Source: Parasitella parasitica NRRL 2501 (lineage: Eukaryota; Fungi; Mucoromycota). Taken from it: a stretch of DNA of 64,000 bases. The DNA is taken from contig MU619242.1 in assembly GCA_025201805.1 (NCBI GenBank), positions 57,323 to 121,322 on the forward strand, written 5' to 3'. The notes below the pieces were generated by a model that ran no database searches, was not told where the DNA came from, and was given only the letters and a program-made list of their open reading frames with translations. Positions 52,468-64,000 of this stretch are shown here, piece after piece; the stretch's first letter is position 1, and every line of letters begins with the position of its first letter. The position numbers and the translations under genes are program-made.

Positions 52468-53011
52468 TTAGGCCTTCTACAATAAAAATCAAGCAATTAT
52501 ATAAGCATATTGAACTTTTGACAGGAAATCTAATTTTAGTCGTACCTTCTGGAATCTGAATCTAGGAGGAGGAAGACGGTTGCGACGATCGGTGGCGGAA
52601 CGAACACGAACAACACGAGCGTGAATAGCGCAAGAGATACAGTAGTGGAGCTTTACGTACAACTTGGGAATAGCATATTCTACAACGTCCACATTAACAC
52701 CCACGTTCTGCACACTTTCCCGCTTACTCAACACAACTTACCCTCGTAGATGGAGGCTTCTTGGAGATCACGGACGGCAGCAGCTTCTACCATGTTACGG
52801 ATTGTGAAACGCTTGATAGCCTTATCCTATACAACCCACTTCAAATCAATAACTCTGCTCTTTCCCTTCCCATGCATTTCGGTTTTGTTTGCCCTACCTT
52901 GGGGACACAACGGAAACAGTTGATGCAACGGACATACTTGTTGTGGCCACGTCCGTGCTTGTTACGTCCATTGTTTCTTCTCTTACAAGTCTACACGGCA
53001 AAGGAAAAAAA

Positions 53012-53080
<69 letters not shown>

Positions 53081-53150
53081 AATGGGAGGCCACTTTCATC
53101 AATGTCGCAAAAGCCCTTGATGGACCTTGGATGAATGGATGCATTACCAT
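52468..53150 (-). CDS. RPS26: 40S ribosomal protein S26 (eS26)
   Basis: ATG-only first exon, [21 protein letters not shown]|[28 protein letters not shown] and PPPRFR. Final exon KA*. Confidence 0.95.
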
Positions 53151-53566
53151 GATGGATGGGTGTCCCGCTTATATTGAAGGGTTTTTGAAAGGAAGTTCTA
53201 ATCGCTTGCGGGCCCTCCATAGTCTTTTGACCCCTTCCAACCTAAACGGAATCCCTCAATGATCCTGGATTGCGGTCCGGCGTGGCTTATCAGTGTTTAC
53301 ACAGCACGCTTTTGAACGAGCTATCATATAATGGTATTAAGTCTCAGCATGCTGTATTCAATGCTATGAACAGCATGCAAATACACTGATTCAGATAAAT
53401 TTAGCATCGACGGAAAATTGTCCCCATTGACTAATGTTGCTTTTACTGCTTGCAAGGTCTGGAATCATTGCTTAAAACGAGGTTTTGCATGCTATATGCA
53501 ACACTTTCTGATCGGATGCTTCAATCACCGCAGCTTTGAAGAGTTCTCTCGTCAATCGTACAGGAG

Positions 53567-53887
53567 CTAACAGACACCAACTCCACTGAAGACCAGCTTT
53601 TCCAAGAGCTAATGTATACGTTCATGTACCTTATTCTTTAGATAATAGCTTACTTGTCGCCATATAAAAGCGGTAGGATCTTTGGGATTTGTAATAAATG
53701 TATGCAATGATTTCAAAGCGTTAAAATGCGCTGTACCAACCACGAACAGAGTCTGTAACACATATCTGAAGCCATCAAACCCCTCTTGTAGTAGGATTAA
53801 CCTATAATCCAGTCCATGATGGATGAGAATACTGCAGAATACAGGACGGGTGCAGCCAAATCGCGCCAAATAGCCCAAATTCACCAC
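53567..53887 (-). other. Possible fragment of a lineage-specific gene
   Basis: 92-aa ORF with a GTAAGC donor and a 45-nt intron giving ...FIWRQ|LLEKLVFSGVGVC*. No recognised family. Confidence 0.25.
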
Positions 53888-54504
53888 TTTTATGTCTTGT
53901 TATGGCAGTTACAGGTCGTTTCAGAGGCTCAAACGCACACCAAACAAATTCTGTCGTCCAGTGGATTTGTTTTGATGCATTTACAGGATATTTTTTTTCT
54001 CTTCATTTCAGCTCGATTTTGGCCTTGTGAACCCTCGTGGTTTTGAGGAAGTTTCACAAATTTCAGTTTTTCATGCCAAAAACGAGGCAATTTATTATGG
54101 TACATATGAAAAGTATAAGCATTAAATAAAGTCATCTATGCAGTGGGAACATTTATTTTGAGCTAGCCAGCCAGTTTTTCAGACTTTTGGTCCATAACTT
54201 AAAAACGCACATTCTCGCAGATCGCACAACATTCTGCCAATTGTTTTGTAGAATAAAAAACATTAATGAATAGAGTGCGTTTTATCGCATATGTTTGCTT
54301 GAAACGCATTTTAGATCAAATCAGTACAAAGATGCGTAAAATTCTTTAAAGCCTTTTTTTTTTAATTTTTTTTGGAAATGCCCATTTTTCAATCAAAGAG
54401 ATGAATCAGCCTCCACATGAATTCAAACGCCGATGATCACTGCGAAAGTTTTTGTGCCGAAGCATGGAAATCAAGTACTAGGCACTGTATAAAGTGTATA
54501 TCAT

Positions 54505-55327
54505 TCACTGCTCAACTAATCTTGGGAGACCAGCAGCAGTCTGGTAAAGATCTACAGGAATCCACCCAATATAGTTCAAGCCGCCAAAGCCACCAACATA
54601 ATATACACCCTTTACATGGAATTCGTAAAAATGGAAATCATGGAACGATCTCCAAGGCCTTGCCTCCTCGTGCGTTTTTGCAAAGCAGCTCATTGCCAAT
54701 TCCGTCTAGAAACATAAAGGTAGGCTTTTATAAATATAATTAACATATAATCTAATTATATATGCAATACCTTGGTTTCGGAAACTCTTTCAATGTTGCC
54801 AAACAATGTAAAACGTGGTTGTTGGACAGGAGTGGATCGATTATGCCAACCAGGATTGTAATCTTGAAGAGAGGTAACCGTGAATGCGACTTTGTCCATA
54901 CTTCTATGCATATTTCTAGCGCTCATCTGTTTGCGTGTAAAAAAAAAAAAAGAAATACAAAAGTCGATATAAAAACTGCTTTAGAGAACACTGGTATGTC
55001 TGCTTACTTGTAAATCAGACATGAACAGCAGCAGGTTGCCATTGCGAGTGCATTTGTCACTGTAATATTCCATGATACCAAAGGGAAATCCACTAAACTC
55101 ATTGGATACAGATTCATCCATTATCGTAAGGATATGTCCACGACCTGGCTCACTTTTCATTAACAAACATCTATGACACCCTTTCTAGATAACCTACCTG
55201 CGTCGGATACGACCTTTCTGGCTAATTTAGCTGCTGCCTCAATGGATTGCTGTGTGTCCACTCGGTTTTCTTGACTCAAGACATTAACAACAAGGTAGTA
55301 AAAAATATAAAGTATTGTAAACTTCAT
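54505..55327 (-). CDS. Secreted CREG-like / pyridoxamine 5'-phosphate oxidase-like split-barrel protein
   Basis: Signal peptide MKFTILYIFYYLVVNVLS, AAKLAR, GFPFGIMEYY, PRFTLFG, CFAKTHEEARPW and YYVGGFGG..YIGWIP. 4 exons. Confidence 0.82.
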
Positions 55328-55443
55328 TTATAAGAGTTTAGTGCGTATGTGTGTGTGTATTTGTGTGCGAGTGCGTGTGTAAAAATATTAAGAGTAAAAG
55401 GCAAGGATCTGATAAGAGTAAGGTGGTTGTCTATAACGTTTGG

Positions 55444-55739
55444 TCATATGACGGTGGTGATGCTTTTTGTGACGCCTGTTCGTTTGATGTTGATGGTGGT
55501 TCTTGATGATTCTTCTTGGCTTCGTAGTCTGCTTTCTAAATCTAAATGTGTCAACAAAGCGAGAGAAGACACCAATCTATATGCAGCATCCACACAACTC
55601 ACCAGTTGTTTATACAGCGCACTTTCCCGCCTTCCCAGCGTCAATTTTTCCATTCTTTTCCTCGAAGCTAGCTTCAATGTGTAACTAAACTGTGCTTGGA
55701 TCTGCGCATAAATGTCCTAGGAATATGCATGAATCAACC

Positions 55740-55777
<38 letters not shown>

Positions 55778-56655
55778 ATTTTAAAAAAAACACATACTTT
55801 GATTCCTAATAAATCCACCAAAGACCTTAACGCTGTATGGCTCCGTCTTCTATAAAACTGATCTTGTGATGTGATGGGTGCTCTTCTATGCGTGATCTGA
55901 CGCATGCTTTCCTTCTCCCGCTGGAACACCACGTTTGCTCTCTCTTGCAAATTCAATGACATGGATCGAAAAGCGCCCAGCAGCAATGGCCAGCAACTCA
56001 CTAGATAGACACGATCTGTCATCAGCATCATGAGCGCATAGAAACGAGCTTCTCCTCTGGCTTGAGCATCACGGAGCTTGAACATGTAGCTCATGACATG
56101 GCCATTCTCATCATCACCAAACAAGACTGGTCCATCACGGCCTTGGCAAAACTCTGCCGTCAGGCTGCGGACACATGCCAGCCGCACAGCCTTATACAGA
56201 TGAGGCTGCTGTGGACATTTGCTGGTGCCAATGTACTGGATGGTAGGATCATCGTCGTCTATGGTAACCAGTCGTTTTGCTTCTGTGATACTTGTGCCGT
56301 TATTGATAAGGGGTAATTGAGCGGTGCAAGCGGCGCATGTTGTGCTTGGGGCTGCTGCTAGTGTCGATGCTGACGCCGATGCTGACCCTGTGTGCGTGAG
56401 GGCAGCGTTGCTTGGCGAAGAAGACGGGTTTCTGCGAAGCGACGCTGAAGAATGCGTAGTGGATGTGGACGAGGCTTGCTGTTGTGTGGGTGCGGCAGGA
56501 TGTTTCGATTGGAGAATTGAAATGGGAGGAGATGCGTTGTTGCAGTTTTCATTTTCGATGATTGATGGGGAATTTGAATGAATTGCTTGGGTGCAATAAA
56601 CCACGCAAGGCCCGTGGACCTCGCAGAAATGTAGTAGAGCTACCAGAGCATTCAT
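55444..56655 (-). CDS. LST7: Folliculin / Lst7 homologue (longin part)
   Basis: MNALVALLHFCEVHGPCVVYCTQ, RLACVRSLTAE, GPVLFGDD, FKLRDAQARG and LRSLVDLLG. Confidence 0.9.
55743..55772. repeat. (GA)n microsatellite in the folliculin intron
   Basis: GA run visible in the sequence. Confidence 0.9.
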
Positions 56656-56911
56656 TTTTTGTAAGTTTATTTACAGGAAAAGAGCCATTAGAACTTTTTT
56701 TTTGATTATTATTATTATTTATATTTGTTTGTTTGTGTGATGACTCTCTTTTTAATGTACCGTACCACTGCCATCAATCACATAGAGGATGGAATCATTC
56801 GGACGCAAAAGAACCCAATGCAATGTAACAATAGCACAAATCAGCTTGAATTAAAAGCAGGCAAGGGATGCGAGGTGCCCTCTTGTCATGTATATGCGTA
56901 CACATTTATGC

Positions 56912-56943
<32 letters not shown>

Positions 56944-57120
56944 CTCCAGCTCTCCTCAAAACAGCCAACATGGCAACTTCCATTACACCGGTACACTTTG
57001 TCGTGACTACTGCAGAAATTCCATGAATTTCTACTTGGGATGCTATATAAATCCCCTCTCGCGTTTTCCATCTCTTTCCATTTCTTCCATCAATCGTCAT
57101 CATCATCATTAGAACAAGAC

Positions 57121-58352
57121 ATGTCCAACTGGAAGAACGTAAATAACTGGTGAGAGTTTTTTTTTTTTTTTTTTTTGTTACCGTGGAAACGCAATCTCCT
57201 CAAGTGTGGTGAAAGAAAGCTAACATTTAACATGTAGGCATTGGTAAATCAAGTTTTTCATTGTTCCCCTCCCCGCATCCACAGCATGTGTTGATTTGAT
57301 TTCTTCTCTTTTTTTTTCTTCTTCTTCTTCTTTCTAGGGTGAATAAGAATTGTGCCAAGTGGGCTGAAAAATGGTTTGAGGAACAGTTGGTTGGTCTTGA
57401 GGCCGAGAAAGATGGCAACAAAGCTCGAATCTCCAAAATGGTTGAATGTTCTGGTGATGTTGATTTGAACCAAAGAAAGGGAAAAATTATCACCATTTAC
57501 GACGTTAGTTTGAAGCTGAACTGGGAAGGTAATTTGGGTTTGACAAGCATGCGTATGGGTTGGGGCTTACTGAAGGCATGTTTGTATGTAGGCACTCTTG
57601 CTGATGGCACGGAAGTCAAAGGAACGCTCAATATCCCCGAAGTCGCTCATGACACAGATCCCGATGACTATGTGTTTGAGATCTCGATCAACGACGATAA
57701 CAACGACAAATCAGCCATTAAGCCTTGTATTCGCAAGTGCATTACACCTCTTTTGACTGAAAAGTTTGGCAGATTCTCTGCTGCCATGATCAAGGAAAAC
57801 TGTGATGATGTCTATATTGAATCTGCAAAGATGGGACAGGCCACGCCTCCTCGTTTATCTAGCCCTGCCGTCGCTCATGCCACCACCTCTGCCTCTGCCA
57901 CGACTACCAGCACATCCGCTTCTGCAGTCAGCGCAACTCCCAAGAAAGTGAACACTACCAGCTTGGACAAGACAGAGGAATTCCAGACATCAGCACACGA
58001 ATTGTACGAAACATTGACAGACGCCCGTCGTGCTTCTATTTGGACTCGTGGTCATGTTAAATTGACAAATGAAGCTGGATCTACATATGAATTTTTCAAC
58101 GGTAATGTCACTGGCAAAATGCTGGAATTAGTCCCTGACAAGAAAATTGTGCAAACCTGGCGTTTGAAATCTTGGCCTGCTGGGCACTACTCAACGGTAA
58201 CTTTGGAGTTGGAGGAAGGCAGCAACTTTGTCACGCTCAAAATGTCGCAGACTGACGTCCCTGTGGGTGAAGAAGAGAATGTAGAAAAGAATTGGTCCGG
58301 ATACTATTGGATGGCCATCAAGAGCTCTTTCGGATACGGTGCTAATTTCTAA
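57121..58352 (+). CDS. AHA1: Activator of Hsp90 ATPase
   Basis: NVNNW|HW|VNKNC motif, NQRKGKII, IPEVAHD and C-terminal AHSA1 domain KKIVQTWRLKSWP..NWSGYYW..FGYG. Confidence 0.95.
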
Positions 58353-58428
58353 CAATTTGAATTAAAGAAAAAAAAAAAAAAAAAAATTAATTAAAAAAAA
58401 AAAAAAAAAAAAAGAAATAAATTTTTTA

Positions 58429-59492
58429 TTATTGTGGTAATTGATGGTTGTATACAATGTAGAGTTTATGTCCATCACGAAATATGTGTTTTGCATGTAC
58501 AAGTAGAGGTAGCAGTGGTTGGTATTTTATCCACTGCATGAGGTATAAGACGAGCAAAGTGTCGTTGATGGTATAGTTGTTGGTATGTGGATGCTTGCTG
58601 TAGGGAGGAAATGTGATCTGGAGTTCATGTCGTGGTGAGCACATTACTATTAATTTTAATACGGCTTTTTGCTCTCCTGTGATCATGTCGCGTGATGCAT
58701 ACAAATAAGGCGACAGTAATGTTCTCGAAACTACGATCGTGTGTAAGGTGTAGGTTCTAGTTAAAAATCCCAAAAATCCATTGTAACTTTTTTGTACGTG
58801 TTGAATCGTCGGTAAGCGATCCTTTTTCGTAGGTGTGGGCAGTGGTGATGACGATGGTGGTGGTGGTGGTGTTAATGGAGGACCAGGAGACGACTCTGAG
58901 CAAGGGGAGAATGTCAAAGGAGAGGCGATAGGAGGAAGAGATTTGTTGGTATATGCAAAGGTGGATAGCTCGACTGCTGAATCGAAACCAGTGTGGATGT
59001 AAAGCGGTGGAAGTGGTTTTTTGGACAGTGTGAAAGACGCATGCTTTTGGATCAAAGGTAATGGTTTATCTACGATAGTTTCGCGAAATTAGGTCAGTGA
59101 ATATTGCAATAAAAAAAGCATCACAGCACATACCACGATCACCTGCGCTGTGATTGTCATCGCAGTATGCAATTATCGTTTCTGTAGGTGATAGTATGTT
59201 GTCTTGATCATCACCAACATCGTCTTTTACGGTTTTAACTGCAACTGCTAATGCGACAAAAAAAAATTTTTTTTTTTAAATATCATGTTGTTATTAAAAT
59301 TGAATGGCAAATACTACAGTTATTTTGCAATGCTTGAACCTTACATTGTTTGTACCTTGTACGATCATCGTTCAGCTTTTTGATTTTGGACTGAATTCGC
59401 TGCGATATCGAAATGGCTCTTTTGTATTGGTCTTTATTTTTCATGTCTTCAACGTCTAGCGCCTCAATTAGCGATGCGAACGGACAGCTCAT
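58429..59492 (-). CDS. Hypothetical protein ending in a degenerate protein-kinase N-lobe-like segment
   Basis: 3 predicted exons and a Pro/Ser-rich middle. C-terminal YLYASRDMITGEQKAVLKLI ... LVHAKHIFRDGHKLYIVY followed by a stop. Confidence 0.6.
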
Positions 59493-60156
59493 TTTGTGTC
59501 TCTAGAAAGAACAAGAAGAAGAAAAAGATGGATATGTCTTCTAGAAATACACCAATTTATCTAGGAGATGCAGGATTTCCTCTTGAAAAAAAGGAGACGT
59601 GATAAATGTTTACATTTGAGCCTGATTTGATCTGATTTACCTACCATTCCTCTAGACTATATGTATGTATACGAAATCTCCTGATCGCATTTTACATGCT
59701 GATTGTTGAAAGATGATGAAATCCTCCTTAATTTACACTCGTATCGAGAAAACTTGGATATTTACATTGGACTTTTGCAGCGTAAAAAAAAAAAAAAAAA
59801 AAGGAGACATGGTAACTTAGCGCTTTATCCTTGGCAATTAATTCGCCAAAACTAGGACATGAAGATCGATGGTAATTTTTTTTTTTGAATTTTTTTTGAT
59901 TTTATTTACATGATGATTGATGGCCGATTTTTTGGTTTGTTTTATGTAAAGGGGTGGAATGGGGTGGTGGGCATAAATGTATGGTAATAAAAAAAAAAAG
60001 AAAGCTGTAAATGACATATTTGTGTGGTCGAAGAGCATATGGGACATAAAAAGAAAAATGCATAAAAAAAAAGTATGGAAATCATATGGAAACAAAAAGA
60101 ATAATTAAAGGGATCGTGATGGGTGTTTTTTTTAAAAGAGAAAAAAAAAGGCCTGC

Positions 60157-60961
60157 TTAAATGGAGAAAAAGAAGGAAGGTAGTTCACTGGGCAGTTCTT
60201 TAAATGTGTATTCCATGCCATACAGTCGTGGTAAGGTGGTGCTTTGCTTTTGCTGGTAATGTTGAGGCATAAAATAGTCATTGTGATATGACGGTGGAGA
60301 CGTTGGAGAAGGAGAAGGAGATTGAGATGAAATTGAACACGTCGATGTTGTGGTTGCGGCAGGAGAGGGAGGAGGCATCTCTTCCTGCTGTTGGCTACTA
60401 ACGGATGAAATGCTGTTTTGACGCTTCTGCTTCTTCATCAATTCCGGAATTTCGTTAAAAGGTCTCCATTGAAGCATAGTGCGCTTTGTAGTAGATCCAT
60501 GCGCTGCTTTTTGATGTGTGGTGAGAATGGTCTTTCTTGCAAAGCTCTTGTTGCAACCATCGTGGCGACATTTGTAAGGTCTTTTACCAGTGTGAATGCG
60601 TCTGTGGAATATGTCAGTACTTTTCTTTTTTGTATAAATGTTCCATGTTAAATGCAACTAACCGATGGCGAGCTAACGAAGAGCTGTCGCTGAAATTCTT
60701 TTTGCAATCTTCAAATTCGCAAACATGAGGTCTTTCGCCAGAGTGAGTTCTCATGTGAACTTTGAGAGCCGATCGTTGAATGAAGCTCTTTCCGCAACCG
60801 ATTTCCTGGCAAACGTAAGGTCTTTCATTGGTATGAATTCGCAAATGTCTAGCGAGATCAGATCGACGGCCGAAGGCTTTTGAGCAATTGAGCATGTTGC
60901 ATTTGTAAGGTTTGCATTGGGTTTGTTGTGTTTCAATATGAATTAGTTCGAGAATATCCAT
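60157..60961 (-). CDS. C2H2 zinc-finger transcription factor (4 fingers)
   Basis: [43 protein letters not shown] and [11 protein letters not shown]|RIHTGKRPY. Intron at about 60604-60661. Confidence 0.92.
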
Positions 60962-62648
60962 TTTTGGTGTTGTTGATATGGAATAAAAAAAAAGGGAAAA
61001 AAAAAAAAGACAAGAAGAAAACTGATTGTATTTATATTGGATTGAATAAAGTTTTCTTTCTATAACAGACATATTTCTAATATCATAGGAGCAATTGGGG
61101 TTTGACACTTTTTTAAGGAGGAAAGATGAGTGATTGAGCCAGTTATCAAGACAGCAAAGGGTTCTATTTTGTCAATGTGCGTGTGGCATAGTGTGGTTTG
61201 TGTTTTGCTAATTGATTGCCTTAAAAAGGATAGAGAGGAGCAACTGAGTACACCATGTTGGATCGACATGCATTTTATAATTTCATATTACCACAGCCGC
61301 TGTTGTATACACAATAAACCAACTGAAATGTGTGGCTGAACATTATCCTTTTCTGTCCATCTGATTGATATTATTGCAAGAAATATTTTTAAGGAGAGAC
61401 CTTGAGGGGTGGTGGAGGATGGAAGAAAAGAAGCGTCAGTCCACTCAACCACCAGACTTAAAACTGTTTAAAATACCCCAATCACGCTCCTTTCCATGTG
61501 TTTCCAAGTCGCTGTGATCTGGAAGTAGCTTACAAAAGATCGATTGATAGATCGATGGTTATTTATTTTTGTTGGAATAAAGCAGGCCAACCCCCACTCC
61601 TTTTTTCTTAATAATATTCTTTATTAGTACAAAGGATGGCCATTCAATTGTATTTCTCCATGTAAATCGCTCTTTGGCTATCGTTGTCAAGTTTCTGCCT
61701 TTATCGTATAATCACTACCAAAACTCTGATCTGTAAAGTTGTTGGTAATGATACTTGGATATATATAATACGCCATCCCCCCTCTATTTTTTTTTTTTTG
61801 ATCTCTTTTTGAATTATCAAATGGCCCAAACCATCACACTCAAATGTACAATAATGTGATTTCACATACAACAAATTGCTTGTTGATCGTTAAATTTTTC
61901 TGGCTTTTTAAAAATGACGATATAATATGTACGATAATTCGGCAAATGATCCGTAAAAAGAGTTTTAACAAAATTGGATCTATGCAAATGCGCACAAACA
62001 GTTCAATTCAAATTTAGAAACTCGGTTGGATCAATAACAAGGAGCATCATCATACCGTTTCCATCTTGATGCAAAAAAAAAAAAAAAAGAAAAAGAAACT
62101 GGTTTGATAAGGTGTGTTCTCTTGTCAATTCCAACATTCTTTTTTTCCCTACATCTTCCACGGTACACTGAAAACCTCGATTGTTGGGTCATTGTCCCCC
62201 AAATCCGGAGCTCAATGGCTCCCCCATCATTCTTCTATAAACAACACATTTCTCATGTGCTGAAGATGTATTTACCTATTCTTATAAATAAATCAAAGCA
62301 TGTTGCCCTTTTTGGATATTTAAATCCATCACATATTACTTGATTAATTGCGAACTTTATGGATTGACAGGGTAATGATACAATAGTCGCGTCTCGTGGT
62401 GAAAATACGTGCCACGAAACCTATGGCATACTCCCCCCCCCGAGTATTTTTATCCGGCCATTCAAGCCGTTTCTATCCAAAATAAAAAAAATCATCATAT
62501 AGTCCAAATCACAGGGTTCAACATAATGCAGTTGCTTGTGGGCGTATAATTGGGTAATAAACACAACAAAAATTCCAGACAGCAAATGTAATAAAAAAAA
62601 AAGAAAGAACAGCTAGAGTTACATAACTGTAATTTTATTGGTCAATGT

Positions 62649-63446
62649 CTAATCTTTCCTTTTGGTTACATAAATGGATTGAAGGGTTTTGTCATTAGAA
62701 GCGTTAAATTCTAATTTCTTAGCAACGCCAGTCTCAATATCAAAAGCCCAAGAGTGCACAGTGAGTGTTTGCCCTCTGGCCCATGCGTTTTGTACAATTG
62801 TCGAATGGCAGACGTTTTTAGCAGAGTTGATTGCGTTCAGTTCAATCAGTCTGTGGAGACGGTCAGTTTCGCCCTTGGTGGCTTCCAGCTCAGCTTCATG
62901 AAGTCTGTAGACATCCTTAATATTTCTCAGCCAATTGTCAATCAAACCAAACTGGTCGTGGCCCATGGCAGCCGTTACACCACCACAGTTGTAATGTCCT
63001 ATCAAGGAATTATTAATAATAGGCCCAAATAAGAAGCAATAATGATTTTTTTTTTTTTTACCACAGACAATGATATGCTCAACCTTGAGCACGTCGACTG
63101 CATATTGTAAAACGGAAAGACAGCTAAAGTCAGAATGAGTTACAACATTGGCAATGTTTCGATGAACAAAAACCTCCCCGGGAGGCAAGGCAGTGACAAC
63201 ATTGGCGGGAACTCTTGAATCAGAGCAGCCAATCCACAAGATCTTGGGAGTCTGTTGCTTGGCAATGTTGCTGAGGAATTCGGAATCTTCTTTCATGACC
63301 TGGGCAGCCCATTTCTTGTTGTTTTCCAGCACGCCGTCAAGATTTATATCAGCAGGATCAAAGCGATTCATTGTGTGCGTAGCAAAAGAGGGAGTAGCAA
63401 AGGCTTGTCGCTCAGGCTTTTGCGCATTTTCTTGGTTTTGTGCCAT
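62649..63446 (-). CDS. NCE103: Beta-class carbonic anhydrase
   Basis: WIGCSDSRVP, GEVFVHRNIAN and HIIVCG|HYNCGG Zn ligands. In-frame intron at about 62999-63061. Confidence 0.95.
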   Translation of the reverse strand: MAQNQENAQKPERQAFATPSFATHTMNRFDPADINLDGVLENNKKWAAQVMKEDSEFLSNIAKQQTPKILWIGCSDSRVPANVVTALPPGEVFVHRNIANVVTHSDFSCLSVLQYAVDVLKVEHIIVCGKKKKNHYCFLFGPIINNSLIGHYNCGGVTAAMGHDQFGLIDNWLRNIKDVYRLHEAELEATKGETDRLHRLIELNAINSAKNVCHSTIVQNAWARGQTLTVHSWAFDIETGVAKKLEFNASNDKTLQSIYVTKRKD

Positions 63447-63669
63447 TTGATGTTCTTTTTTGCTTTTTTTTTCTTGTATGAAAAGAGTGCAAGAAGAAAG
63501 AAGAAAGAGAGATTTTTAATTTTAAAAAGTTTAAATAGATTTGGTGGGGCAGAAAAGGAAAAATTGGGCCCCTGTGCTCCAAATCTGTGCCCACTGGTGT
63601 TACAAACAAAGATCTGAAAAAAGGCCCAATAAATTGACACACGCTTGTGTTCAGCAGGAATGAGGGATT

Positions 63670-64000
63670 TCAAGATAGCTCATCAAAAAACGATTCACGT
63701 GTTCGTTTCGTATCATGCCGTTTTATGTCATTGTTATCATCATGGTCGTCGTCATCATCATCAATTTGAATAACTTTGCGTTTCATGGTAGCGCCGTCTT
63801 GCTGCTCTTGTTCAAACAAAAACTGCACACTCCAAAACTTAAGCTGCAAATCATGGCCGCAGCTCGCAAGATATGACTGATGATGGTCTACTTTTATGGA
63901 TTCGATAGGAAAGTCTTGGCCATGATCGCCTAAAACACCCTCAAACTTGTATGGTTGCATGGAAACCAACCTTAGTAGACCATCACTACCACCAGTGCAG
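63670..64000 (-). CDS. WD40 protein, WDR55/JIP5-like (3' end only, runs off the window)
   Basis: GSDGLLRLVSMQPYKFEGVLGDHG.DFPIE, LASCGHD..KFW and an acidic tail ending FFDELS*. Confidence 0.75.
   Translation of the reverse strand, partial: CTGGSDGLLRLVSMQPYKFEGVLGDHGQDFPIESIKVDHHQSYLASCGHDLQLKFWSVQFLFEQEQQDGATMKRKVIQIDDDDDDHDDNNDIKRHDTKRTRESFFDELS

Noticed and set aside
54141-54442. CAGTG...CACTG Tc1-like ends
   Set aside because: Only 5 bp of inverted match and no TA target duplication.
59710-59790. ATGATGA box C of a possible snoRNA
   Set aside because: No downstream CTGA box D or terminal stem.

Overview
Eukaryotic fungal DNA, most likely Mucorales. This is inferred from short GT-AG introns, an AcaA-like carotenoid oxygenase, a TSP1-like reductase and Mucorales-type LINEs. 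AT-rich, TE-derived islands (about 1-7.9 kb, 17.7-19.9 kb, 26.2-30.4 kb) alternate with gene-dense blocks holding about 27 mostly spliced genes: rhomboid, eEF1B-gamma, TPS/TPP, PA-RING E3, ZNG1/CobW, Bud6, carotenoid oxygenase, MP88-like secreted protein, SAM methyltransferase, PEX7, ARL1, AKR, M17 aminopeptidase, GTPBP1, two C2H2 factors, CoA-binding protein, AMS1, RPS26, CREG-like, folliculin, AHA1, beta-carbonic anhydrase and WDR55 (partial). Main observations not captured by the ORF track: (1) a decayed Fanzor (eukaryotic TnpB-like nuclease) at about 5.7-6.9 kb; (2) a 1.16-kb TGT..ACA non-autonomous DNA transposon with 54-bp TIRs, plus a second partial copy; (3) a candidate 45-aa spliced Cys/His microprotein; (4) a TSP1-like gene with a stop codon directly before an ATG; (5) two convergent genes whose coding ends overlap by 8 nt; (6) a protein ending in an isolated kinase N-lobe; (7) 6-nt and 13-nt micro-exons. 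All family calls come from manual translation and motif recall, not database searches. Exon boundaries are manual predictions.
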